A stretch of 64,000 bases of DNA from Enoplolaimus lenunculus (taxonomy: Eukaryota): NCBI GenBank assembly GCA_030248215.1, contig JASANG010000295.1, forward strand, positions 310,001-374,000, written 5' to 3'. This document shows, piece after piece, positions 1 through 14,271 of this stretch (within the stretch, counting starts at the first letter, position 1; the number at the start of each line of letters is the position of its first letter). A program made the translations under genes and the position numbers. The notes below the pieces were generated by a model that worked only from the letters and a program-made list of their open reading frames with translations, ran no database searches and had not been told where the DNA came from.

Positions 1-8
1 TACCTTAC

Positions 9-1871
9 TTCGTTACGGTGTCTTCCCGATACTCGTTCATATGCACGATTAACAAATTGGATTTGCCGATTGCCGTCTGTAATTTCGATGGCTTGCCGGC
101 AATGAGCATCCAATGCTGCCAATGGACCTTTACAACCGCGGAGTTTTAAATTTAAACAAATTTCACTCGCTTCAATAGAGTCAATATCTACGAGCAAATC
201 CGCAGTGGTTTCATAACGTTTCGCAATCAAAATACGATTAAAACCAGCTGACAGCAATCGAGCAATCGGTGAACACGTGGCGACACTAGGTTGGAAAGAA
301 TCTGACCAGGATTTGAGTTGATTTGAAGAAATAACCGCAGCCAGTGTAACAAATTCACCTTCAGGACGAGATCGAATTTTATTGGCTAACTGCACACAAC
401 GATCGACCGATGATAACGGTTTTGCTGTCGCCGAGTCTTCATTTTCATTGGCCAGCTCGCATTGCGGCATTGGAATTAGTGGATTTGCAGCTGTTGCGTT
501 ACAGTCGACAAATATTAGACTTGCTGATTGCTTTTTCAGATTACACAAAAGCTCTGAGTCAGTATGAGCACGATGTAAGCTCCAGTGTTGGCGTTGGCTA
601 AATGCTTGAGCTAGTAATGTTGAAAATCGGCTTGGTAATGCACAGTTCTTAACGCTGGTATGGGACGAAGCCGATTTGACAGGAGCTAAACTTCCCAGCG
701 ACCCAGTTTCGCACGAGGCTGTTGTTGAATTTATTTTTTCGGTTCCATGAAATGCTGGACTGTAATGCCCGCTGCCAAAACGTGAAGTTTTCTGCGTGTC
801 AGCAATAGTAATCACCAAAGCACGGTGATGTTTTGGTCGTTGGAGCAATAGCGGTCCGTAGCGCATTTGAGACTTTGACGTTGTTACCGTAGGTGCTGTC
901 ACACATTGATGATGATAATGGGAATGTCGGTGAGAAGTACTAGAGCATGGTTCACTGTGTCTGTTGGTGCATATAGTTGGCGATTTGTGTGGCGTACATT
1001 GCTGTCCGGCCGTTCGACATCTTGCGGACCCCATTGGGGTTTTGGGGGAACCTACTGAAGGGGATCCAGACGTCGAAGGACTATTGGTATCGTAAGCGAG
1101 GCGCCCGTGATATTCGGCAAGATGGCACGAGCGCGTTGGCAAGCGCTCGCTAAGGGAGCTCGTCATAAGGTGGTGCTTGCTACCGCTAGGTGCAGGACTT
1201 GGAAATTGCTTGCTTTGCTGCAGTTTATCTCGTTGGTTAGATCCATATGATGATAAGGTGGTGGTTGTACATTTAGCCAGATTCGTTGTGGCTTTTAGCA
1301 ATTTTGGCAATTGGCTTGACAAATTTTTAGGGCTGGCATTTTGTTTTTGTTGGGACTTCGGAGGGCACTTTTGGCCGCGATCAAGGCCAATATAAGCTGA
1401 TGTCACAGGTCCACGTTGAGTTCGGTTTGCTCTAGTTGGTGCGTCTTGAGCAGTTTGACTTGTGCGGTCCGGGTTTGTTGATCGGACGGCGCGTGCTCCA
1501 GTGGACCCGAACTGCTGATTAACACTGTCTTTATTAATTTTGCGGCAAATTTTTAGTCGTTGTTCAATACTCGATGACGAAGTTTCTTCTGTTGCCCTAG
1601 TCTCAGCAGAATTCTGACCCGTTTTAGGTGAATTGATTTGCCGAGAAGTACCACTACACGCTAATGTTTCACGTTGCTGAATGACGGTTTCTGGGCTGGA
1701 ATTTCGCTTCCTTTGCGGTGGCGGGTTTGGTGAGCGTAACAATGAGAAAAACGGTATCCGGCAGATGTTAATACTTCGCGCAGTTGAACGATTGCTTGAG
1801 GTAGGTATTAATTGTTGATTATGCTGTGTTAATGAGTTAGATGCAGTGTGTTTAGTTCGCGCTTGGCGCAT
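9..1871 (-). CDS. PDE8: Large exon (621 codons) of a PDE8-family cAMP phosphodiesterase (C. elegans pde-6-like): low-complexity N-terminus, REC-like domain and start of PAS domain; gene continues beyond the left edge
   Basis: Manual translation is stop-free from ATG at 1871 (directly preceded by acceptor-like ttag) to a GTAAGG donor at 8. C-terminal part reads ...IRSRPEGEFVTLAAVIS...RLLSAGFNRILI...EICLNLKLRGCKGPLAALDAHCRQAIEITDGNRQIQFVNRAYERVSG, matching the PDE8 REC-to-PAS pattern as I recall it (LLHAGFNRRF...[41 protein letters not shown]). Missing from the ORF track because there is no stop inside the window. Confidence 0.88.
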
Positions 1872-2814
1872 CTAATTTCAAACTCTTGAACGATTTGCTT
1901 CATATGCGTAGAACAGATCCTAAGCACTAAGTGTGAGTCTATGTCTAAGCCTCACTCTAAGATGATATACGCTTAACCGAAGACATCAGGCCTGGAACTT
2001 TGTTTGGGAATTGTTCTACACGTATGAGCGCAACATTTTACCTGCTTATGTTATTCAACAACAGAATTTACAAGTCAATTATATATGACTGACAGGAAGA
2101 TTCTGCTGTATTTTACAACTTAGACAACCCAACCTCGCCTTACCATTAAATTAATTTTGCTATGCTAACTGATGCTCTTTACAAACAACGCAGCCGGCCT
2201 TCTTAAGCTTAAAGTTTCATTTTCAAATTATTTTCTGTGGGTAACGTTTGTACTGAACTTCGCGAGTGGTGCAAATATTTCGCACCTAAACTTTGAGTTA
2301 AGATTTAACATTGTGGTTGAATTCTCGCTCGTTTCGCTCGAACGAAATTTTTCGATGCACATATGCGCGAAAAGAACGGGAAATAACGAAATAATCATTC
2401 AGCTCAAGCATTCATCGGATAGATTTACCAAATATTATTTCTATAACCGGATCTTATTATAATGGGACCAAAATTGAATGTGTTGCCAAACTTCTACAAT
2501 CGGGCAAATTTCTTTTGATGAAACAGAGCCTTGTTGGCTGGGGGACTCGTTGTGTACAGGCCTGTATATAATTGACAAATGAATTTCTGTACATCAGAAT
2601 AATAAAAAACTAAAACTTTTAGCAAATACCTTTTGGTACCAATTTACAGGTTCATCAAGCGTTAAAAATATAAGCATTGCCTAAAATCTACTGTTGACAA
2701 TTTCGTGGTATAAGAAGCAGTAAAATTTTTGGTTCGTTAGACACAAAACTAATTTAAAATTGACAGCGAATGAATAGATGGCAAAATAATTCATGTGTTA
2801 CTTATTTGATAATC

Positions 2815-2955
2815 ATTATATATAATATATATCTATATATACATATATAAATAAATGAATATATATAAATATATATAAATATATATAAATATATATTTAT
2901 ATATTTATATATGTATATATAAATTTATATATTTATGTAACATATACCTATATAA
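2815..2955. repeat. (TA)n-rich low-complexity tract
   Basis: Near-pure A/T with ATATATAAAT/ATATATTTAT units. Confidence 0.85.
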
Positions 2956-3711
2956 TCGAAATTTTGATACAGCCAAGGAGTGTGCGTGTACGTGCTGGGA
3001 AAGCGTAAGCTTGGCATTAAAGGGAGAACGGTGCTGACAGGGTCATATGTACTTTTTGCTCTCTAACCTCAATGAATTTGAATAAAAGTTCGGTTTGTGA
3101 TTTCTTTGCCCATACTCTGTAATGTAGGTTATCCCAAGTTGTCGATAGGTCGAGCAAATTTCGAACCAGCAAATGAAGAGTTTCGAAATTTTGCATATTT
3201 TTTCACTTGAATGGTCCTAGTTGTGAACCGCATTCGTATAGTTGTTTCAGTAGGCTGCATAAAAACCTATTAGTAGCTGATGATAGGTGCTACACACATT
3301 TGACAATAGGTTCCCTGTTCCCTTATAAATCGGCAGATTTTATTTTACACTTCACTGGCTAAATCGCAATACATTTGTATGAGATAATTTTTCTCTTTGT
3401 GCTCTAGGTTAAAGCAGTTACAACGACGGGAAACATCATTCTATAAATTCAAATCTTTAACAGGGAACCATGTGCTGCAAGTAATAATGTATGAAATAAG
3501 CGAGGGTGGGTGATGGGGGCGCCCAATCCCCATGGGTGCGTGCCGGAAACTTTTTTTAGCCTAATTTGTAAGTTTAGGTCGGTATTCTGCGAAAATGTTA
3601 CAAATTTGGGGTTCGCGCATCGCATATTAATTAGGCACCCTTTATGTTGAATTTTCAACGTATAATCAATTGGTTTTCAAACTTTCCCTTGTGAAAAAAG
3701 TAGAATAACTG

Positions 3712-4330
3712 CAGTCTTTTCAGTTATCCCCGCAGCCGGTGTTTGCCCAAAGATGGCTGTATTTCGCAAACTCTTACATATTTGAGCTTCTCACAACCTG
3801 CCCTGGTCATTCCGCGACCAAATCTGAATTTTTGAAAAATTTGATTTTTAAGGTCCCAAAGAACCAAGATCCCCCTTGCGACCCAAAAATTGTTTTGTTA
3901 AAAAGTTAAACAAATTACTAACCATTCGACTCAGCCTGCGGAGCTGAGTCCTATTGTGTTAAAACTTTTCACATAACTTCTGGTTAACGAGTTATGGTCA
4001 GATAACTGACGTGGCGCCGTTCCAAATCGTTGGCAGTGTGCCAAATCGGTTATTTGACTGTAACTCTTTAGCTAGACGTTTGTTTGCAGAAGATTTAACA
4101 GTTGGACTCAGCTTCACAAGCTGCATCGAATGGTATAACATAATTTGTTAACAAAAAATTTTTGGGAGCCAAGGAAGGACCTTGAGACCTTAAAACAACA
4201 AATTTTTCAAAAATTCAAATTTGGGTGTGGAATGACCATAGGATGTTATGAGAATCTCAAATATGTACAAATTTTCAAAATCCAACCATCTTTGTGCAAA
4301 CGCTGGCTAGAGGGATAACCGAAAAGACCC
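3712..4330. mobile_element. MITE family A, long-TIR foldback element, full copy
   Basis: Left arm gtcttttcagttatccccgcagccggtgtttgccc... is the imperfect reverse complement of right arm ...gcaaacgctggctagagggataaccgaaaagaccc over roughly 250 bp; homologous copies at 6776, 13855 and 58390. Confidence 0.85.
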
Positions 4331-6775
4331 AAAAAAAATTGCGCCTTCGCCCCCCCCCCCTTAGGTTAGTCACATGACCGCCCCTGAAACAGGCGATTGT
4401 AACACTATCAGATGTAAAGGGTACCCAGGCTATACTCCACAACCGACATCAAAACTAAAATTTTGTTGAATTAACATTGAAAATTGTGTTTGGCTTCTCA
4501 CTCGCGTTTTTTATACCGCGTGCCCAGGCTGAAATTTCTCGATTCGACGCTGATTTGTAGTTCCATTAAGTACGTTACAGTTTTCGGCTTTACTCGAATC
4601 AGAAGCACGAGCGAATGTTGACGAGGGACACAAAGGTTATATTACCTCGCGAAGATACAAGATAAAAACCCCTCACACAATATAAACGTTCTGGATTCCA
4701 GAAGACTGACGTGAACAAAATTTCCTCTTTAGAAACAAATTTTCGCCGAGCTAAAATCATGGCTCAGTCTATTCATTATCCAGCCAAACAAGACTAAAAA
4801 TATATCATACTATAGCTCTTTTATTACATAATCGACTTATATATACATGTATAACATATATATTATATATCTCAACAACATTGACGTTCAATATAACCTG
4901 TATGTCACATACTGAGTTTGTTTTGTACAACAGAGGATAATGAAATGTTGAATAAAACATATAAACTCGAAAAATGGCACTATAGATATAAATACGATCC
5001 TTCTTTCCTGGTGCAAGCACACACCATACCATACATATATACACTTTTATAGTTTTCAAGTAAAACGACATATGTTCTGATCAAAAACAATATCACGAGC
5101 GCTTCTGTTGACAACCTCTTATCAGGCAGATCTACGGGGGGGGGCAGGGTGCGTCTTAAATTGTCTGAGCGTGTATTGCCAAAATTTTCAATTTGTGCCA
5201 TACTACATAATTTATCATACGTTGCCAGCTACTATACTTTTTCAGGATTTTGGCATTTTAAGATAGCGTTAAAAATAAAATTTTTTTGGTAAGTATGTTT
5301 TGTTTTCCGGTTCCGGTATTTTTTTAACTTTCCGGTTCCGGTATTTTATAATCCCGGTTGCACCATGACGGGTGGCAGTGATTAGTTGTCCGTGAACTCT
5401 CCTAATTCGTATCATTCTTGCGTGAAACCTTTACAATCATTCCCTAATATTCATCGTACATTTGTGAACCCCCGTAACTTGTTTCGCTATCTGCCCCTAC
5501 TTTCCGGGCGGCTCAAGGCTCCGCCAAGTTCAGTGTCATACTACTCCAAAATTGGATGAACAGTATGGCGTAAAAAATTTTCATTATTGCATTGCATACC
5601 CAGCCGCAAAGTTGATCGGCGCCCCGTTAGTTTAAATTTTCAGGGATATATACTTATATTTGTATTTTTTGCATTAGTTTGCGTTTTATAGAACTCTAAA
5701 GGCTGTACGTGTGACAATTGTTGCAATTTTTATATAAATTTCTTAGCTGATGTATATATAGAACAAAGGCGGAACTGTAGTATAAACAATAAGCATATAT
5801 ATTCCGAAGTCTAAGCCTAAAGCAGAAACGTAAGAATGAGCTTATACCTAAACATAAAACCTAAAGCCTAAGCAAAAAAGGTTAGTCTAAAGCTGAAGCT
5901 TACTCTATTCCAGTCCCACGCAATAACGTTGAACCCCTGCTCTTTACGAGAGCCGATTTCTTAAAATGAGAAAGTATGTAGTACCAGGGTGCTCAACGCA
6001 ATAGGAATGCTGGTGACAATAAAACTTACCAGACGCGTTAATTATTTTTGAAGGTACTACAGGGCGTAAACCCCGAACTCATTTCCCTTCCGAGACAATA
6101 TTACACAAGGCTGAGATCAAAACTGAGATCAAAATAATATTACGAACGCTCCAAAATCGGTTAAGTCAATCTTTACTTATGCGGATGAGCCGAAAAGACT
6201 GCGAAAGGCGTTCATAATTCATACTAAACTGAGCAACAACTCCTTTGCAGCAGCGTCAAAGCCGACGAAAAAGACAACCTAACTTTGTTGAAATAGGTTT
6301 TACACCGTTATAAATAAAATTATATATATATATATATGTATATGTATGTTTATATTGTATGAGCATAGATCGATCGAAATATATGCCGCGAGCAGTAAAC
6401 CGTAAACACTTGCATTCCACGCTTACCATGGCAAAACTCGTAAGAGTATAGATCGCTCGACAAGCCCAAATATCTCAATCCAAACCAGGAAGCTTTGGGT
6501 ACAAATGAAAGCCTTATGCCTTGTATATAAAGATTCTCACACGCGCGGTGTACGCTAGTTCCTGGAACAAATGCCGGCTGCGTCCAGAAAATAACAAAAC
6601 CTAAACCTCTGAATTATTTACGGAAACTTAGTTTTCCAGTTTGATATTGGACTCACAAAGTTTGCAACCTTTAAATTCTCGGCTAAAAATTAGATGAATA
6701 TATATGCATCCTATGGCTTAATACAAATACTGTGACGAGTTTGTGATCCTTTGGGATTAAAATAGTCGAAATATT

Positions 6776-7327
6776 GGGACTTTTCGGATTTCCCCAGCTG
6801 GCGTTTGCTCGTAAATGGTTGCATTTTAAATTTTGTTGCACATTTGAGCTTGTCATAATTTCCCCTGATCTTTTCACGCCCAAAGTTGAATTTTTGAAAA
6901 ATCCGATTTCTTAAAGCCCATGATTGTTTTCTGCCGACCCAAAATTTCGTATTAAAAAGTTAGACAAACTATATATCGTTCAATGCAGCTTGCCGCAGCT
7001 TAATTGAATGATGTTAAATTTTCTATAATCAAACGATTGGTTAACGAGTTATGGTGATTTAACTGATTTGGAGCGCCAGCGATTCGGGATGGCGCCAAAC
7101 CAGTTTCATTTCACCATAACTTCTTGACCAGACAATCCATTGAAGAAAATGTGACATCTTTGACTTTTGTGGGTCTTAACGAGGACTTTAGATCTGAACT
7201 ATTGATTTTCAATTTTGGATGCGAAATGATCATAACGGAAATCATGGGAAGCTCAAATATGTAAAGATTTTGGATCCTAACCATTTTCGGGCAAACGCCG
7301 ACTCGGTAGAGAAAACGAAAAAGACCC
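6776..7327. mobile_element. MITE family A copy
   Basis: gggacttttcggatttccccagctggcgtttgc...gcaaacgccgactcggtagagaaaacgaaaaagaccc; same inverted arms as 3712-4330. Confidence 0.8.
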
Positions 7328-8730
7328 ATCTGGATTTTCTTCTAAACAGTTCACTCTTCTCGTTGTAAATCACTCCTTTAGCTGGTATACAATTCCACTA
7401 GGTTGAAAACGATGTCAACACGTAATTTTCTCTGCGCATCCGGCGGAAAATACATCTACCAAGGCTCGATCCGCCAGAGTCGACGTAGGTTGATTTCAAA
7501 AAAATCAAATTACAAAAGTTATCACTTTTATTTCATTGTCTGTCAAACTCGACAGCATCTAGTGTGCATTTTTATAGATAGCATTTTAATGCAGCAATAC
7601 AGTCTGGAACTGGGCCGTAGCCAGCTAATCTTGCTAAGGTGCTAAACATTTTTTATGAGGAGCATACAAGTGGTTTCGATGACTTCCAACTAAGTGGAAA
7701 ATTTTCTAGGCACGAGGGTGATTATTCCAGGTGGGCTGAGCCTCCTAGCCTTTACTCTGGCTACGGGCCCGCCATGTAAAGGTCGACGAAGTAACCGTAC
7801 ATTTATACTTAGGCGTTTTATGGCTTGTCTGCGTATTCATACGCGTTTATAAAAATACATCAGGCAAATGAAGACAATAAAAACGCACCTGCTAGACTAT
7901 GGCGTTTGTTTAGGGTTTAGCGCTTAGATTATGCATTCCTCTATACCAGGGTGCAGCAGCTGATCGAAAACGGGACACGCACAAACGCGGGGGTGCCGGG
8001 AATAGTTGATGAAACCTCACGAGCAAATGGCCTAGCAGAACTGATGCCATGCTGAGCATGCACCCAGATTTAATACATTATATCGGCAATTTTAGTGGCA
8101 AGTTTTCCACGTTTACTTCACTTATTGATATATAACGAAAGCTCTTGTGCCTCTAATGACGTCCATTTTAAAAAATTTCAAGTTATTAGTTTAGTCCAAA
8201 CTAAGATAACTATTCATTTATAAAGTATGACATCCTAGAAAACCGTACTAGCACTGCAACGTAGTGTCGCAACATAAATTGCCCCTCTAGGAAACAAAAA
8301 AGTGACCCCCTCTAGAAAAAGTTGCCCCTATGGATAAATGTGGCCTAAACTGAAGCTTTTCTACACTTGTTCCTAGAAAAACCAGGCCATTGAAATCAGC
8401 CTTCGAACTGTTTTTTTAATTAAACGAGGTCACCAATCGTAACCTTTCATACAAGTTACTGTAGGTGGCTGCGCCACTCCTAAATCAAGTTTTAAACTAT
8501 ATATTAAAATACGAAAGCAAATCCAAACATCAAACCACACGTTAACGGAGGTTTTGGCACCACCTAGACTCTCTTAGAACTTAAGTTAGGCTTAGTCGTT
8601 GCTTTTAGGCATGAAAAATTAGCTTGCGTTACTCTTAGAGATTTAGAGTTTTGGTGTTAAGTTGGAGTTGAATTGGAAACGTTGCCACGGATGTTCAATG
8701 TAAAGAAAACCGGGATATTTGGTGATAATC

Positions 8731-10420
8731 TGGCGGCGCACAGCGCGTGAATTGTGGAAACTTGGAATAACTAGGGAATGTGTTACCGGGGTATATGGGA
8801 TTTTGGGGAGTTAACCGGAGTTTTGGACAGTTCTAACGGGTTTAGTATTGGTTGTATTTTAGGAAATTAAAGGAAATTTTTGTGGAAATTTATGGGGTTA
8901 CGGAGTGTTTTTGTCTGAACTAGTGGCTTAGTTGAATAATAATTCATTCGCTTCGTAGTTGAACAACGGAACTTTACTAATAAAGGAATTTTCGGTATCC
9001 TAGTGGAATTATAGTCTCGGCTCTGGTTATCGGCTTCAGTGAGGAGTAACCTATTGAAAAGTAAGCAGGTGGGACGGCAGCAGCAGAAACGCCTGTTACG
9101 TCCGGAAATACAGGACAGGATAATCCGGGTACGATTGAAACGGTAAAGAAGGATAACGGTAAAGGCAAAGATGCGGAAAATGGTTAAGCTTTAGGGGCAC
9201 AGAAATAGCATAAAGGTAGCGGAAGTGCGTCGGAAAGTGCTTTGGTTACCTCAGGCAAGAAATGGTGGAATGTGCAGGATTTGAGGCGTATAAGGAATAG
9301 CGTTTGGCGCGTCTACCTATGGAATTGGGAACCTCGGTTGAGGGGTCACGCTTCCTGGCGCAGGTGGAATTGCCTATCCTTCCTCCACCTTTACTGAAAG
9401 GTTTGCACTGGACAGGGATGATGCCAGCACCTCCATCGAAGGAAGCACGTACGACAGAGTTTCGTAAGGTGTTGTATCTGGAGGTAGCTGTGAAAAACGG
9501 ATATTGCAATAAGGTAGGTGCAAGATACTGAAGCGTTAGAAAATTTGTCACAAGTTCTAAGAAGGATGTACCCGCCAGGAGGCGTTGGAATTACGGAACT
9601 GAAAAGTGGTTTCGAAATATTATTTAAAAATAATTGGACGCAGAGGAAGGATATAGATTTGGAAGTAACAGAAATGGCAAAAAAATTATGAATATATCAG
9701 GAGTTTAAGGTGACGGCAATGAGAGATCTCTTGGGTTACGAAGAATGCCTAACGTAAGAGCAAAAAATATAGCTCAGTTGGAGGCAACAACGTTAGTGGC
9801 TGTGGTCCAGCGGCAACACGCTCACGAACATGTAACTAGAGCAGAGGTATTGGTGAAGCAGGCAGAAGTCAAGGCGGATGAGAAAGAAACGGAGCATAAG
9901 GTTACTGAGGAAAAGCTGGCAACGGCATTGGAGAAGGTAATGATCTTGGTGGGAGAAAGACGACGGCTGGAAATCCAGGTCCGCGAGATAACCAAAGCAA
10001 GAGATGACGCAGCTATACGGAAGAAAGGGGTATTGAATAGGCAGAGGTCGACAACTCCGGGGCGTACCTCAAAAGTTTTGAGATTGAAGGTTGAGGAAGA
10101 AAAATAACAAGTAGAGGAGTTGGCAGCCAGAGCGGGGATAGAAACGGAGCAACAGAGGTCAGCAGTGTAACAGGACCAGGAGGGGACGCTGCAGGCTAGG
10201 GTGTAAGACCAGCCACGCAAATGGGCTAGATTAGGGAAAGGCATTGCATCGTTTTCCGATATGGCAATACTGGAGCGGACCACGTCTTACCGGCATATCG
10301 TGGAGGTTACCAGTATGTGCTGCATTTTGGGTATTTTCTAAGAATGGATCGAGTGCCTGAATTACGCAAAACGACGTTTGGCCACATGCGTGTACCGTAC
10401 GCTGGATATTATGCCGGATA
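8731..10420 (+). mobile_element. Probable decayed LTR-retrotransposon leader/gag remnant
   Basis: PBS-like TGGCGGCGCACAGCG at 8731, strong purine/G strand bias, broken + strand ORFs (9304-9531; coiled-coil-like 9745-10107), and a possible eroded CCHC knuckle near 10305-10350. No pol motifs or paired LTRs seen. Confidence 0.35.
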
Positions 10421-12365
10421 TATAAGCGCACTAACGAAGTTGTTTGCAAGGGAGATAAGGGAGATGGTGGAACGTTCTATAGTGTCGCAGAAAGTACCTT
10501 TCGGTAGAGCTCCAGTGGATTTTTTACCGCTATCGTCTCACGTGATTATGCAGTTGTTTGATAAATCACAAGGCGAAGGGGTGAACAGTACGAGAATGTT
10601 GATTACGGCCCGTGTTTACCAAACTGTCTCCCCTTTTATTCGGGTCACTACAGTATCCTACTACGGTGCTTTTCTATGCATTGGTCGCATGAGCCATGCA
10701 TTATTAAGAGGGCGCACATGCGACAGGATAAAACGCGCGATAAGTTGGGTACTTGCACGTTCTGGATTATTCTGCTGTGACATGTTAAAATTCACGATTG
10801 TCGGCCAGTGTTTACTGGAAAACCTGCGCCAAGTAACCTCACGCATAGTCAACCACCTCGTGGTCAGTACACACTACAACGCAGCACAAGCTATTATGAG
10901 ATGCAATAATAAAAGGTTGAAGCTATAAGAAAATATATACAAATGAAGTTGTCTTCTAAATACAACGTCAATATGCGTATGAAACCTTATCTAGCCAGGC
11001 TGCTGACCGTTTCGTGACTTTCCTATATATTCGCTCCATAGTACACGAAGCTTGAGTTTGGAAAATAAAAATATCACATATAACCGCATTTCATACGGGT
11101 AAACCACAACATAAATGCACATATTCATACATTGAGCAAGCTACGTCTTACATTATTATATATATGATAGGCACTCTTCAAGGTTCCTTCAGTAAAATCT
11201 GACACCGGTCGGAAGAAAATACTGTACAGTGGCGGTTCCAAATTCTGAAAGGCGGAGGGCCACGCAATAAATATAATAACGCAAAACCGCGCAAACAACG
11301 CAAGCGCGTAGCCAAAGGCAATTATTAGTACTAAATCTTAACACAAATTTCAGTTTTTATCCCTGTTGCGGGACCAAGAGCTTGGTGAGACCGCAGTCTG
11401 CCAATTTAAATATTAAACCAATTAGATTTATTGTGAAATTTAAATTTTTCCTATTACTAATGAACACCAGCCAGTGCAGGACGTAACGCTATTTTATCGC
11501 TTTTAATGGTGTAAACACACCATTTAGAATAGTAGCCGAAAACGTATGATAAATTATGGAACATGACACAAATTAAAAATTTTGGCAAAACAACCTCAGA
11601 CAATTTTAGAAAAATCGGATAATATGCCAATTTTTCATAAATTTTCGAATGAGAAAAATTTTTAATACCGAAAATATTGAAAAATTCCGATGAAAAAATA
11701 CCGGATTCATTACCGGAACCGGATATTGAAAAATACCATTTTCCTACCGGAGCCGGAATTCCGGTTGCCCCCTGGTTGCTGCACTTCTATAAGGGGAATC
11801 AATCCCGCAAGTTCGGCGGGCTCGGATACCCCAACCATTGCTGCACTGATACACGCCAGTTTATTGCCACAGTTACGTTCACTCGAGTGTACGATGGTAA
11901 GAAACCAAAAACATGTTTTGTAGTGCGACCCACAGTAAATTAGATGTGCAACATTCTGAACCAATTTTCATATATGTAAGAGAGTACCTATAAATATATA
12001 ACGGTATTACACCGCTACCTATACGTTTTACTTAGAAACCCCACCTGCAAAATTGCACAAGGGCAGACATACAAATCAAACCGTGCAGAAGTGCTTGTTA
12101 TGTCACGCACACGATGCTATACGTGCACTCGGCACACAAAATGTCCCCTCCCAAAAGAAATTCAATAGCTTGTCCGGCTTATGTTTTATCGAAACCCTTC
12201 ATTTTCCAGTAGTATATTAACCGCCATTCGCGGACACATAGAGTTTCACGGAAACTTTATTCGGTCAAGACTGTTTTGCAGTGACACTGTCTAGGACATT
12301 GAAATGGTTGAAAAGCAGTGTAGTGGACAATATTTTTATATGATAGACGCATTAGGGAAACCTTA

Positions 12366-12814
12366 GCGGGGAAATTCAAATTTTGGCGGTAAATTCAAGT
12401 TTTGGCGAGAAAATTCAAATTTTGGCGAGAAAATTCAAATTTTGGCAAGAAAATTCTAATTTTGGCGGGAAATTCAAATTTTGGCGGGAAAATTCAAATT
12501 TTGGCGAGAAATTCAAATTTTGGCGGGAAAATTCAAATTGTGGCGGTAAATTCAAATTATGGTAGCAAATTCAAATTTTGGCGAGAAAAGTCAAATTTTG
12601 GCGGGAAATTCAAATTTTGGCGGGAAAATTCAAATTTTGGCGGGAAATTCAAATTTCGGCGTGAAAACTCAAATTTTGGCGGGAAATTCAAATTTTGGCG
12701 GCAAATTCAAATTTTGGCGGTCAATTCAAATTTTGGCGAAAAATTTAAATTTTCGCGGGAAAATTCAAATTTGGGTGGGAAATTCAAATTTTGGCAAGAA
12801 AACTCAAATTTTGG
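12366..12814. repeat. Minisatellite, 19-20 bp unit GCGGGAAATTCAAATTTTG, about 23 copies
   Basis: Directly visible tandem array; produces the spurious repetitive ORFs at 12383-12833. Confidence 0.95.
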
Positions 12815-13356
12815 AGCAAACGCAGTAAATTAATTATGTTAGTTAGCGCTTTCCGGCGACACCTTTTAGACTGTAACGACAAAGTCCGACAGTTCACGCA
12901 ATTCTATATTTAATATTAATGTAATGCGCAAATAGTAATATGGAATGTACATCAATGCAATAAACTCTATGCGGACATTTTTTATTTAGAAATAAAATTT
13001 CCGCATACAGTTACGCAATAACAGTATAGCCAGCCTTTGTAAAACAGTATACGGGGACGATGGATGTGCGGAGTGCACGTATGGTAACGTGTGAGCGACA
13101 TTAGCTTAGATAGCGGATTTAATAACGTCTTTTGGGATTTGAAAAGTTTTTATACAACCTTAAAATACGACACAAAATACGCAATATTGAACTGAAATGT
13201 AGATACAGGCTATGAACTTCTACAAGTGAGACCTAAAAATTCAGCTTTAAGTTTGCACAGACAAAGTAAATTGTTTAGTATTTAAAATAGCTAATTTTAC
13301 ACTGTCTTTCTGAATGAACTTATTGCCGTGCACAATTTGATCTTATCTGGATAATA

Positions 13357-13782
13357 CTGTAGTGACTCAAATAGAAGACGACTATTTACTTTATCTCTCT
13401 AGAGAATACCCACCCCAGATATTCAGTTACGGACTGTATTTATTTTTAATTTAACATGTTTAAGTTGGATTCGACAACATTTGTACATCCTTCCTTTTGG
13501 GTTGAATTGACTTGCGCCGAAGAATTTTTTGTAAATTACATTGTCAGTTAATTATTTCTGGATTTAATAACAAGTTATACGTGAGCTGTCAGAGTGCCTG
13601 TTACTTATTTGAGCAGTCTAAACCATTGTTCAGCATTTGTCTGTTTTATGGATACTAATCACGACACATGAACTCTATCCTTTAGAGATCACTAGTTAGG
13701 GATACAGACTACTATTATATAATTGGGACTCAAAATGGGACCACCCTTGTGATTGTCCCCTTTAATGTTCGGGGCACTACAG
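13357..13782 (+). mobile_element. MITE family B (TA-flanked, Tc1/mariner-like), diverged full copy
   Basis: ta|CTGTAGTGACTCAAATAG ... GTTCGGGGCACTACAG|ta; internal motifs ttacggactgt and gggactcaaaatggg are shared with other copies. Confidence 0.75.
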
Positions 13783-13854
13783 TATGCGCATCCCCACCAC
13801 GCTGATAAATTGTGGATACAATTAAGGTTTAGTTGTTAGTAAGCTAAAACGTTT

Positions 13855-14271
13855 GGATCTTTTCGGTTAACCCCCAGCCGGCGTTTGCGCAAAAATGGTT
13901 GGATTTTGAAAATTTTCGCGTATTTGAAGTTCTCATGACTTTTCCTGATCATTCAACGTCCAAATTTAAATTTTTGAAAATTGGATTTTTATGGTCACAA
14001 GGTCCCTGTTGTGAAACATTTGACACAATTCGACGCAACTCGGCTAGCTGCGTCCATGGTATACAATTTGTCTAACTTTTTTAACAAAAAAATTTGTGGT
14101 CCAAGGACGATCTTTGACCTCTAGGACCTTTAAAAATCGAATTTTTCGAAAATTCAAATTTGATCGCGGAATAATCAGGGAAGGTCATGAGAACCTCAAA
14201 TACGCAAAAAATTTCAAAATCCATCCATTTTGAGGTCAAACGATGGCTGCGGGGGATGGCAGAAAAGACCC
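13855..14271. mobile_element. MITE family A copy with shortened centre
   Basis: ggatcttttcggttaacccccagccggcgtttgcgc...gggatggcagaaaagaccc inverted arms. Confidence 0.82.

Noticed and set aside
10317..10928. 203-aa plus-strand ORF
   Set aside because: Runs across a family B TIR fragment (about 10630-10655) and degenerate element sequence; no coherent domain.
12366..12814. CRISPR-like appearance of short repeat arrays (also 50293-50812)
   Set aside because: Units are contiguous with no unique spacers, there are no cas genes, and the context is eukaryotic.
12383..12833. Repetitive ORFs (KFKFWRENSNFGG)
   Set aside because: Translations of the 19-20 bp minisatellite.
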